Below, piece after piece: positions 8,981-17,662 of a stretch of DNA of 64,000 nt. The DNA comes from a virus. The stretch lies in IMG/VR virus record IMGVR_UViG_3300030493_000012; one strand, 5' to 3'. The notes below the pieces were generated by a model that saw only the letters and a list, made by a program, of their open reading frames with translations, searched no databases and was not told the origin of the DNA. Numbering within the stretch: the first letter of the stretch is position 1; the number at the start of each line of letters is the position of its first letter. The position numbers and the translations under genes are program-made.

Positions 8981-10099
8981 TCTCACTCAGTTGGTTATGC
9001 ATATCTAACAGCCGCAACGACTTACCTCAAAGCCAACTATACAGTAGAATATTTTACTTGCTTGCTTAACTCTACTCAATACGAACAAAAACCAATCGAA
9101 GAAATCTCAAAAATTCAGTCTGAACTACCTTATTTTGGCATCAAACTCCTTCCTCCAGACCTTTTAAAATCAAATATTAAATTCTCTGTTGAGGATGGCA
9201 ATATAAGGTTTGGTTTGTCTTTTATTAAGGGAATTTCCGAAAAGACTATTGACAAAATTAATCAATTCAAGCGCCATTATTCTAATAAATTTGAGATATT
9301 TCAGGCGGCATCGGAGTCAGGTTTGTCAATTGGGCACCTTTCCTGCACAATCAAGTCGGGCGCGATGGATAGTTTTATTGATAATCCAGATAAACGTTCT
9401 AAATTATGCCTTGAGGCTCAATTATGGGGTTTATTGACAGACAGAGAGAAAGAATTATGTTTACAGTATGCTCAACAGTATGATTTTCAAATATTTAAGC
9501 TAGTCAAAGATTTAAACGAAAAACTTAAAAACGAAAAAAGCAAACCTTTAATCAAAGACTCAAGATTAGCCACGCTTAAAAAACATTATCTTCCATATAA
9601 AGAAATCTACGAACAAAACCATAAAAATGAAAAATTTTCAAATTGGTATTTTGAATATCAATTGCTGGGCTTTTCTTATTCTCGTACTTTAAAAGAAATC
9701 TTTTCGGAAAAACAACCCGACTTGTTGCAAATCAAGGACTTTAATGATACAAAACTCGAAAGAACAGGCCGAATTGTTGGAATTGTCAAAGAATGCAAAC
9801 TAACAACATCAAGAGAAAAGAAAACAAAGTATATTAGGCTCAACCTATTTGACGAAACTGGCGAAATTACAGTTTTGATGTTTAACACCAAAAAAGAGGA
9901 CAAAATTGAAGAATGCCTTGATTTAAATGGCAAATTACCTGACGAAAATGATATTGTTATTGTGCGAGGGACTAAAAAGAAAGATGTTATATTCGCAGAT
10001 GTTATTGCTAATCAGACATTTATGGTGTACAGTCGCTTAAGTGAATTGAAGTCAAAAAACCAACCAAAAGAAGAAGAAAAAACTATTGACATTGTTTAG
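8861..10099 (+). CDS. dnaE: split-intein C fragment fused to the C-terminal half of DNA polymerase III alpha (fingers, HhH, OB-fold)
   Basis: After the intein: SHSVGYAYL..T.YLKANY..EYF, LLPPDL..S..KF, IRFGLS.IKG, G.MD, and an OB-fold GRIVGIV...LFDETGEI. Confidence 0.95.
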   Translation: MNIEFSKIKSIKSLGVKKTIDLEVDSEFHNFYCGDIIVSNSHSVGYAYLTAATTYLKANYTVEYFTCLLNSTQYEQKPIEEISKIQSELPYFGIKLLPPDLLKSNIKFSVEDGNIRFGLSFIKGISEKTIDKINQFKRHYSNKFEIFQAASESGLSIGHLSCTIKSGAMDSFIDNPDKRSKLCLEAQLWGLLTDREKELCLQYAQQYDFQIFKLVKDLNEKLKNEKSKPLIKDSRLATLKKHYLPYKEIYEQNHKNEKFSNWYFEYQLLGFSYSRTLKEIFSEKQPDLLQIKDFNDTKLERTGRIVGIVKECKLTTSREKKTKYIRLNLFDETGEITVLMFNTKKEDKIEECLDLNGKLPDENDIVIVRGTKKKDVIFADVIANQTFMVYSRLSELKSKNQPKEEEKTIDIV

Positions 10100-10114
10100 T
10101 TGATGGCCTATAAT
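10086..10114 (+). promoter_or_regulatory. perfect sigma70 consensus promoter TTGACA-N17-TATAAT
   Basis: TTGACA at 10086-10091, TATAAT at 10109-10114, ATG at 10134. Confidence 0.85.
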
Positions 10115-10133
10115 AGAAATATAACAAAAAACT

Positions 10134-10799
10134 ATGATAACATTTTATAAACCCAACACCGCAAACCAAGGAGCACTTTTATCTGTAAGTCACACAGCCA
10201 GAGCCGACAAGAAGGTTGATGGCAAGGTAACAGAAAAGGGCGAAAAGGCCGTTTGGCTCAATTTTGTCAAGCAAACCTCTTGGAACGCCACTGAAAAGCT
10301 AGGCTCATTCAAGGATGGCAAGAAACTAAATGTCAAATTATCACCAACAGAAGTAGCCGGGATTATCTTTTCGATTGAGGAAAATAAGACCTTGGCACAG
10401 GCAATGGGCGTTCCTTATGTTTACCATGATGGCGACAGCTACGGATTGACCATTACCTTTGAACCGGCCTTTAAGAAGGAAAAGCAAGGCGACAAGTGGG
10501 TTAGCACTACTGAACAGCGCGGCTTCAAGATGCAAGTGACGAAAACTAATAAGGCAAACAAGGAAGAAAAGGAAACTATTGGCGTCGGGTTAACTTATGC
10601 CGAAATGTCTCTTTTGAAGCATTATCTGATTGACAGTATTTATCATATTTGTGGCGCTTGGAAGGCCGAAGACGTTGCTGGAAGCGGTAAAAAGGCAGAA
10701 AAGAAGGCGGCAACGGCTACCGAACCAGCGGCAGCAGCGCAAACGCCAGCGGCTGCGGCTCCAGTTGTAACAGCAGAGCCAGAGGACGAATGGAGCTAA
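10134..10799 (+). CDS. putative single-stranded DNA-binding protein, Whirly/PC4-like
   Basis: Motif order resembles plant Whirly (FYK..ALL.V, LS.TE..GII, HD, EP, F...V, AE...L, W). It has an Ala-rich linker and an acidic aromatic tail EPEDEWS, and sits next to dnaE. Confidence 0.6.
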   Translation: MITFYKPNTANQGALLSVSHTARADKKVDGKVTEKGEKAVWLNFVKQTSWNATEKLGSFKDGKKLNVKLSPTEVAGIIFSIEENKTLAQAMGVPYVYHDGDSYGLTITFEPAFKKEKQGDKWVSTTEQRGFKMQVTKTNKANKEEKETIGVGLTYAEMSLLKHYLIDSIYHICGAWKAEDVAGSGKKAEKKAATATEPAAAAQTPAAAAPVVTAEPEDEWS

Positions 10800-10822
10800 T
10801 CAGAGAGGTGGGGAACTATAAG

Positions 10823-10848
10823 GCCGCTCGTAATTGAGCGGCTTTTTT
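10823..10848 (+). terminator. rho-independent terminator
   Basis: GCCGCTC-gtaatt-GAGCGGC followed by TTTTTT. Confidence 0.85.
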
Positions 10849-10881
10849 GTTGTTTTTGTTAGTTCTAAGCGTATAATAGAC

Positions 10882-12816
10882 ATGCAAGAGCGAAAGAAAA
10901 GAGTTGGTTTTATAACATCAAGTTTATTGCTTAAAACAGGCTTTAGCACTAATGCCAAGGCTTTAATTCCATATCTATACTCAACCCAAAAGTACCAATT
11001 GTATCATCTAAATCAAGGAATATCGGATGACCCTAATTTTGGCCGCTTTCCTTGGAAGAATCAGGGTGTTTTTACTGATGGAACTTTTGATGCTGGTAAA
11101 TTTCAAGCCGACGATGGTTATAAAAGGTTTGTAAGCTACGGCAACTGTGCAGTCGAAAAGTTTATTATTGACAACAAATTGGATGTTGTTATTCATCAAG
11201 AGGATATATGGTCTTCTAGTGAGGAAGCCTATCTTAATTCTAAATGGTGGCCGTTTATGAAAGATAATTTTTTGAATCATTCAACTTGTGATTCATTACC
11301 AGTTTTGCCGATGTTTAAAACTTGGGCTGAAAAGTGTCCAAATGTATGGTTTTGGGCTTCTTTTGGTATCAAGGCTCTACATAAAGAAGATTTCAAGAAA
11401 TACGGTCATGTAAAACACGTTCCCGGCACTTTGGATGTTAATGATTATTATCCAATTACAGCCTTAGAAAAATACGAACTACGAAAACAATTCAAAATTG
11501 ACCAAGATTGCACTTTGTTTATTCAGTTAAGCAGAAATCAATTACGCAAATTGTTTCCAAATACATTAGAGTCTTTTGCTTTGTTTAAGAAGAAATATCC
11601 GCAATTAAAAGCTAAATTATTGTTTCATTGCAGTTGGTCTGAGCAAATGGGCTGGCCACTTGAAAGACTTTTGAAAGATTTTGGATTGGCTAAAGAGGAT
11701 GTTTTAACCACTTATTATTGTCGAAATTGCGGTAAATGGGAAGTCAAACCTTTTAGCGGAGAAGATCAAAATTGTCCGTACTGTCAAAAAGAAAAGTCTC
11801 AATTGACGGCAGGAATCACTAGCACGGTCAGCAACAAAGACCTGTCTAAGATTTATGGACTGTGCGACGCCTCTCTAAGTTGCTTCGATTCTGGCGGATA
11901 TGAGTACTCGACAATACAATCTTTACTATGCGGACTTCCTGTGTTGTGTTCTGAATACAGTGCTGGTGAAGATTTTATTAATAATGATTTTGTTTTTCCT
12001 CTTGATGGAACTTTCAATTTTGAAAAAAACACTGGCTTCAAAAAACATGTTCCAAATAACAATACAATAGTCAAGTTTTTCAAGACTATCTGTGAAATGC
12101 CAGTAAATAAAAGAAAAGAGATTGGCGAAAAAGGACGAAAATTCGCACTTGAAATGGCACATGTTAATAGAATAGGCAAAATCTTTGAAGATTGGATTGA
12201 TTCGCGGCCTTTAATTACTTGGGACTATAAATATCCTGAATACGATGCTAAAAATCCTAATGCTCAAATTCCTGATATTGCTGACAATAAAGAATGGCTC
12301 AAAACTCTATATTCTCAAATATTGAAAATGTCAGTTTCGGACGAGGATGAGGGCCTAAAATTTTGGTTGAAGAAATTAGCAGAAGGCGGTGATAGACAAG
12401 GTATTATAAACTTTTTTAGGGAGACCGGACTCAAGGAAAATCAAAAGAATCCAACAGTCATACCCTTTGAAGAAGTCCTAATTAAGAATGGCAAAAAACA
12501 TTTTCTAATTGTCATAAAAGAGGCTATTGGTGATATTATTAATGCCACAGCTTTGTTTGAGTCTTTTCGTAACTCATATCCAAGTAATGAATGGAACATT
12601 TATGTAGCCTCAGACCAACAATATCAAAGTTTGTATAATGGAAATCCTTATATTGACAAATTTTTGCCTTACCTGCCAATTTTTGATAATGAAATTTCTT
12701 TAACCGGGCATGGTAATAAAAAAGGTTATTTCCAAGGTTATTGCTTACTAACTGTAGCCACGCAAAAATGTCTTAATTATCTTACCAATAACAACATTCT
12801 ACTTCCTAAAACCTAA
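10882..12816 (+). CDS. GT-B (GT4-like) glycosyltransferase with zinc-ribbon insert, DUF4214-like helix bundle and C-terminal GT9 N-lobe
   Basis: TGFSTNAK, SRNQLRKLFP...F..F, YGLCD...EYSTIQSLLCGLPV and KFALE. Also CRNC...CPYC, LYSQIL...EGLKFW, and AIGDIINAT...SYP...NPYIDKF. The ATG at 10882 is preferred over the track start. Confidence 0.75.
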   Translation: MQERKKRVGFITSSLLLKTGFSTNAKALIPYLYSTQKYQLYHLNQGISDDPNFGRFPWKNQGVFTDGTFDAGKFQADDGYKRFVSYGNCAVEKFIIDNKLDVVIHQEDIWSSSEEAYLNSKWWPFMKDNFLNHSTCDSLPVLPMFKTWAEKCPNVWFWASFGIKALHKEDFKKYGHVKHVPGTLDVNDYYPITALEKYELRKQFKIDQDCTLFIQLSRNQLRKLFPNTLESFALFKKKYPQLKAKLLFHCSWSEQMGWPLERLLKDFGLAKEDVLTTYYCRNCGKWEVKPFSGEDQNCPYCQKEKSQLTAGITSTVSNKDLSKIYGLCDASLSCFDSGGYEYSTIQSLLCGLPVLCSEYSAGEDFINNDFVFPLDGTFNFEKNTGFKKHVPNNNTIVKFFKTICEMPVNKRKEIGEKGRKFALEMAHVNRIGKIFEDWIDSRPLITWDYKYPEYDAKNPNAQIPDIADNKEWLKTLYSQILKMSVSDEDEGLKFWLKKLAEGGDRQGIINFFRETGLKENQKNPTVIPFEEVLIKNGKKHFLIVIKEAIGDIINATALFESFRNSYPSNEWNIYVASDQQYQSLYNGNPYIDKFLPYLPIFDNEISLTGHGNKKGYFQGYCLLTVATQKCLNYLTNNNILLPKT

Positions 12817-12819
12817 TTT

Positions 12820-13974
12820 ATGCACTTGTGCGAGTCATATTCACTTCAGGCTGGGCAATACATTTCAAAACCTTTTATTGCCGAGGAATTTTTTCCTTTG
12901 CCTGTTGAAAAATACATAACCATCCATCCTCAAACCAAGCCATCAAAGACTTATGACCACTGGAATGAAGTTATTGATATTTTAGAGCCAATCTTAAAAG
13001 CCAATAATTTAACTTTAGTCCAAATCGGCGCAAAAGGCGATACTATCTTACCAAGATGCTATCATGTGCAAGGCGAAACAACCTTGAACCAATGTGCTTA
13101 TCTTGTCAAAAATGCCGTTCTACACTTGTCGGCTGATACGTTTTCAGCGCACCTAGCTGGACATTATAATATTCCATTGGTGGCTTTATATTCCAATAAT
13201 TACGTTCATAATGTCAGACCTTATTTTGGCGATAAATCCAAACAAATACTTTTAGAGCCAGATAGAACTAACTCGAAACCAAGTTTTGCTTATGAGGAAA
13301 ATCCTAAGACAATTAACACCATTAAACCCGAACTAATTGCCGCCTCTGTTTGTAAATTGTTAGATATTCCGTTTAATTTTGAATATCAAACTTTATCTTT
13401 TGGCCGCTCTTATGGTGGCCTATTGGTTGAAATTGTGCCAAATGCTCCGATTGACGTTAAATCAATGAATTTGAATAATGCAATCATGAGGATGGATTTG
13501 GTTTTTAATGAACAAACGCTTATTCAGCAGATGAGTAATTCCAAAGTCATTATTTATACCAATAAGCCAATTTCTAAAGATATTATTACCAAATTCAGAA
13601 CACAAATTGACGAAGTTATCTATATTGTTGATGATGTTCAAGATACAGAGTTTATTGAGTTTTTGCGTGATAATATTGTCAGATATGGTTTGATTAGTTT
13701 TTGTAAGGATGAAGACAAAATGAATGATTTGAAGCTCAAATACATGGATTTAGGCTTAATCCACAAACAGGAACCGCAAGTTGTTGAAAGTAAAGATAAT
13801 CTATACTACAAAACAACCAGATTTTTGTTCAATGGCCAAAAAGTTTATCCTTGTACAGCAGCATTTTTGGCTGACAAACCAATTCCAAGTTTACAATCTG
13901 AAATTTGTCCAATTATTGACAACGAAGAATTTTGGAAAGAGTCTGGATATTTTGCTTTTTTAAAGAAGGCTTGA
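12820..13974 (+). CDS. GT9 (heptosyltransferase-like) C-lobe plus unknown C-terminal domain
   Basis: YITIHP...KTYDHW..V, VQIG, GETTLNQCAYLVKNAVLHLSADTFSAHLAGHYNIPLVALYS. Confidence 0.75.
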   Translation: MHLCESYSLQAGQYISKPFIAEEFFPLPVEKYITIHPQTKPSKTYDHWNEVIDILEPILKANNLTLVQIGAKGDTILPRCYHVQGETTLNQCAYLVKNAVLHLSADTFSAHLAGHYNIPLVALYSNNYVHNVRPYFGDKSKQILLEPDRTNSKPSFAYEENPKTINTIKPELIAASVCKLLDIPFNFEYQTLSFGRSYGGLLVEIVPNAPIDVKSMNLNNAIMRMDLVFNEQTLIQQMSNSKVIIYTNKPISKDIITKFRTQIDEVIYIVDDVQDTEFIEFLRDNIVRYGLISFCKDEDKMNDLKLKYMDLGLIHKQEPQVVESKDNLYYKTTRFLFNGQKVYPCTAAFLADKPIPSLQSEICPIIDNEEFWKESGYFAFLKKA

Positions 13975-13999
13975 CTTTTACCTCAGAATAACCTAGAAT
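13971..13999 (+). promoter_or_regulatory. sigma70-type promoter TTGACT-N17-TAGAAT, probably leaderless
   Basis: TTGACT at 13971-13976, TAGAAT at 13994-13999, ATG 14006 six nt later. Confidence 0.75.
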
Positions 14000-14005
14000 C
14001 TTAAT

Positions 14006-14728
14006 ATGGAAAACTTCAAAAGAAATGAGGATGGCCTTATTGAAGGCGTTAAGTATGTCTTTAATGATGACAAAACTGTGAATTGGAGAGCGATGGTTCC
14101 GGTTGAGTTTGTTTACCTTAACCCTGAGCGCCGAAATTCATTAGAGTTAAAGTATGGCAAAAAGTTAGAAGAAATTGATTTATTAACCACAAAAGTTGAT
14201 GACACGGACTTAATTTTGCTTTTGGCGGGTGTGAAATTTTTAGCTCGTTTGAGAGGCTTTACAGCAGTAAGGAATACTCCGTTTATTGCCACAGAAGGTT
14301 ATTGTGCCTGCAACTGTTCAATAGATTTTACTCCTAATTTTGAAACATTCGGCGTTCCTGTAACATTTTCTGACAACGCTTGCGCTCACCTAGGAAATAC
14401 TACAAAATTTGGCCAAAAATATCTTATTGAAATGGCCTCAAATCGCGCTTTTTGTCGTTGCGTTCGCAATTTCCTGAACATTAATATTGTTTCTAAGGAA
14501 GAATTAGGCTCAAAACAAGAGGAAGAAACAAACGAGTCTGACGTTGCTTATCAAATTCTACAGCAACAAATGAACGAAAAGGGAATCTCTTTTGAAAAAG
14601 TAAAGGCAAACCTTGTAAAGGAAAACTTTGAAGGCGCAGAAGCCTTTTCTTCAATCAAAGATATTCCAAAGAAAAAGGTTTTTGATTTAATCTCTCGAAT
14701 CAAGAAAAAAGGCGAGAAGCCATCTTAG
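14006..14728 (+). CDS. putative Rad52/Sak-like single-strand annealing protein
   Basis: ILLLAGVKFLA..RG and EMASNRAFCRCVRNFLNI.IVSKEE, similar to the MAETRA..RA.R...I...EE motif of Rad52-like phage recombinases. Confidence 0.55.
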   Translation: MENFKRNEDGLIEGVKYVFNDDKTVNWRAMVPVEFVYLNPERRNSLELKYGKKLEEIDLLTTKVDDTDLILLLAGVKFLARLRGFTAVRNTPFIATEGYCACNCSIDFTPNFETFGVPVTFSDNACAHLGNTTKFGQKYLIEMASNRAFCRCVRNFLNINIVSKEELGSKQEEETNESDVAYQILQQQMNEKGISFEKVKANLVKENFEGAEAFSSIKDIPKKKVFDLISRIKKKGEKPS

Positions 14729-16866
14729 GACAGTCCGCTATAAATTGTAACCGCCTTAAAAATTGAGGCATAACCATTTCCGGCGTCATTGTAAGCAATC
14801 GGCAGATATTTTCCAGTTGAGCCAATATTTACTAGCGGAAAACTTATATTAACTTTGTTGCCTAATAAATCTTCGTTTAGATAGCTCGAAGAAATGTCAA
14901 ATCCAACATCAGAATAAACCAAGCTAATCTGGTTTGGAATTCCTGTCATTGTGACTTTTGTAACGTCATTCAGATAATTGCCAATCAATGACATATACAT
15001 AGTCTGGCCGCTATACAAAGCTGGAACTCTAACGTCTGTAATAATTGGCGCTGAATTAAATAACGCAAAACTTACACCCGATTCATAAACACTTGACAAA
15101 TCCGCTCTGTATAGATAAACCATTCCTGAATTACCAACAATTCCAGTCGGCACAGTTCCACTTAAAGCATCGCCAACATACTTAAATGTCGAAGCTACGC
15201 CTGCAAAGTCAACTAAATAGCCGCCATTTCCACCCATAGCCGCTAAAAGAGGCTCTTTGATGTTTTGGCCTGTTATAATAATTGAATCACCTAATTTAGC
15301 GCCGGTTGGAATTAAACCTGTAACATTGACGGTCGGAAAGAATTGTTGTTGGCTATATACAGTATTTAAATTAGAATCAATAATTTTAACATAACCAAAA
15401 CTATTGCCAGTTGGAACAGTTATTGAGAATGTATTATCTAAAATTGAACTTGGCGCACCAGCATTAATATCATTAAAATAAACCTCGGTTGTTTTGGCCA
15501 AGCCATAGCCTGATACAATTACTGTATTTCCAGCCCAACCAGTATAAGGAACCAAATTTGTAACTATTGGCTTCGAATAGAACTTATCTACAGAAGTTGC
15601 AATTTGTGAGCGGCCAGTCGAAACAACAGAAATATAACCAGAAGCTGCATTTGGCGAATAAGCAGTAATAGTATTGGAATTAATTGAATTAAAGATTCCA
15701 GTTTGAGCGCCGAACCTAACTTCTGAAACTCTATTCAAATTCTCACCTAAAATTGTAACTAATTCTCCAGAATTAATGAGTTTTGGAGAAAAATCAGTTA
15801 TTGACATTGGCAAATATTGTATTCTATATTGAGTAGGATGCTTTAAAAGACCGGCAAACGATTCAATATTAACAAATCCGCTAATAATATCATTTGGAAC
15901 AGTAGCATCAATTCTGTTTGGATTATTGACAGAAAAAGTCTCGCAAGGTCTGTCTTGCAAATAAACAGCCGTTACCAAGTCTAAATTTTGACCATTTATT
16001 ACCACTATACTTTTATATCCATTGGTGCCGCCCATTTCGGATATTGTGTTGTTGGCCGAAAAAGTTGTGGACTCATCAACATTAATCACCGAAATTGAAG
16101 ATATAGAAGGCGCTGGCTGGTTTATTGTCTGAATTATGCCAATCTCTGTTCTTGCCATCGCATTATCACCAACCGCAAATGATTTAGATTGCAAAACCCC
16201 AGAAGTAACAAATGAATCAATTAATGCACTATTTTTGTCTCGAATATTGGCCTTAAGATACAAAATCTCACCAGAATACAAAGGCTCAACTAAACTTTTT
16301 TCAATTCCTAAAGTTGTTTGAACGCTTATTTCTTTTGGCGCTATTCTGTATGGAAATTCGCTATCTACATTATAATAAGGCTCATAAGACCGACTGTATG
16401 AAAAATTATAATCCAGAATTTTACCACTAATCTTTTCATCAATAAAATCAAAAGTTACATCGCTGGCGTTTAATATTGAAATATTTGAAATTTGTCTAGC
16501 ACTAAAACCTGTAGGTGTTCCAATTATTGGATTCCAGAAAGAAATCGTGGCATTTGATTCAATCGGCGCATTAGGTTGAATTTTTACTGAATAATCTGTT
16601 AAATAACCAGAAATAGCCATTCCAGCAAAATATCCACTAATTTGAGCCTCGGATGTTGTATAAGAGCTTAAAATATCCTGTCCAGTCCAAAAATATGACA
16701 TTCTCCATTGTCCATTAATACCTTCTGATGGCGAGAAATCATAAGTAGCTTTTTGGCCAACCTTATATTGTGGAGTTAAAGAAGCCTCTAAGCTAACATC
16801 TGAGCTATTAGCTATAATCTCGCGACCAGCAATTAAAATTGGACAATTTTGCGCTCTAAAAAACAT
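14725..16866 (-). CDS. tail-tube-like protein with about five C-terminal IPT/TIG (Ig-like) domains
   Basis: The N-terminal ~240 aa share tube-paralogue motifs (GYLTDYSV, YNFSYSR..EP.Y.V.SEFP). Repeats include ITDFSPK..SGELVTILGENL, VTNLVPY.G.AGNTVIVSGYGL and VTGLIPTGAK.GDSIIITGQN. Confidence 0.65.
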   Translation of the reverse strand: MFFRAQNCPILIAGREIIANSSDVSLEASLTPQYKVGQKATYDFSPSEGINGQWRMSYFWTGQDILSSYTTSEAQISGYFAGMAISGYLTDYSVKIQPNAPIESNATISFWNPIIGTPTGFSARQISNISILNASDVTFDFIDEKISGKILDYNFSYSRSYEPYYNVDSEFPYRIAPKEISVQTTLGIEKSLVEPLYSGEILYLKANIRDKNSALIDSFVTSGVLQSKSFAVGDNAMARTEIGIIQTINQPAPSISSISVINVDESTTFSANNTISEMGGTNGYKSIVVINGQNLDLVTAVYLQDRPCETFSVNNPNRIDATVPNDIISGFVNIESFAGLLKHPTQYRIQYLPMSITDFSPKLINSGELVTILGENLNRVSEVRFGAQTGIFNSINSNTITAYSPNAASGYISVVSTGRSQIATSVDKFYSKPIVTNLVPYTGWAGNTVIVSGYGLAKTTEVYFNDINAGAPSSILDNTFSITVPTGNSFGYVKIIDSNLNTVYSQQQFFPTVNVTGLIPTGAKLGDSIIITGQNIKEPLLAAMGGNGGYLVDFAGVASTFKYVGDALSGTVPTGIVGNSGMVYLYRADLSSVYESGVSFALFNSAPIITDVRVPALYSGQTMYMSLIGNYLNDVTKVTMTGIPNQISLVYSDVGFDISSSYLNEDLLGNKVNISFPLVNIGSTGKYLPIAYNDAGNGYASIFKAVTIYSGLS

Positions 16867-16867
16867 A

Positions 16868-17662
16868 TTAACTTATCTTATTGGCCTCAACGGAAAATCT
16901 GATTATATCGTTTGGTTGGATTGATGTTTCAAATGATGAAACTTCTTGTTGGCTTATGTCGAGTGCGAGATAAACGCCTGTATTTGTAAATGTGTCTTGT
17001 AAAGGATTGATTGTTATGCTCTCCAAGTTAATTGCCGACAATAAAGTTTCTGGCCTAAACTTTGCTCCTGTATATAAATCATGAACAACCGAAATTCTTT
17101 CTTGTACGTTTCCTCGATAAATTTGAGGAAATAAACTTCCAACTGAAAAAACTGGCAGTAAATCAATGTCTGCATTATAAGATAAATTATAGACCGTTGA
17201 AATTCCTCCTTCTATTTGTGTGTAGGCGGTATTTGCAAAATCAAACCAATTATAAGCAATATCAGAAGATTTAGCCGTCAAAGTTCCGCTAACACCATTA
17301 AAACACTGAAAATTCGCATTTGCTTCAATTAGACTGTTTGGCTGGACGGTCAGACCATAAGATTTTAGATAAAAAGCACCAGAAACACCACCAAAAGATA
17401 TAAGAACTGGATTTAACGGATCAACTCCAACATAGTCTTTAATGTTGCTCAAATTAGGAAGATTTGGCTCATGCGCGGTGTTTAGATAATAACTTATACT
17501 TACAGAATTAGTAACCGGAGCATTAAAAGCATTACTAACCTGAGACTGAAAACCTATAGCCGAAATTGGATTAGAGCCATTAGCAGAAGAAAAAGATGCA
17601 TTTTGGCACCAAATTCCGGTGCTTCCAACAAATATTTGGCAATTATTGAAATTTAGGCTCAT
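16868..17662 (-). CDS. tail-tube-like paralogue
   Basis: FYLKSYGLTVQPN and YNLSYNADIDLLPVFSVGSLFP align with the other tube paralogues. Confidence 0.55.
   Translation of the reverse strand: MSLNFNNCQIFVGSTGIWCQNASFSSANGSNPISAIGFQSQVSNAFNAPVTNSVSISYYLNTAHEPNLPNLSNIKDYVGVDPLNPVLISFGGVSGAFYLKSYGLTVQPNSLIEANANFQCFNGVSGTLTAKSSDIAYNWFDFANTAYTQIEGGISTVYNLSYNADIDLLPVFSVGSLFPQIYRGNVQERISVVHDLYTGAKFRPETLLSAINLESITINPLQDTFTNTGVYLALDISQQEVSSFETSIQPNDIIRFSVEANKIS

Noticed and set aside
10850-10877. Promoter for the glycosyltransferase gene (TTGTTT-16-TATAAT)
   Set aside because: The -35 is poor and overlaps the terminator T-run, and the -10 is only 4 nt from the ATG. Plausible but not supportable.
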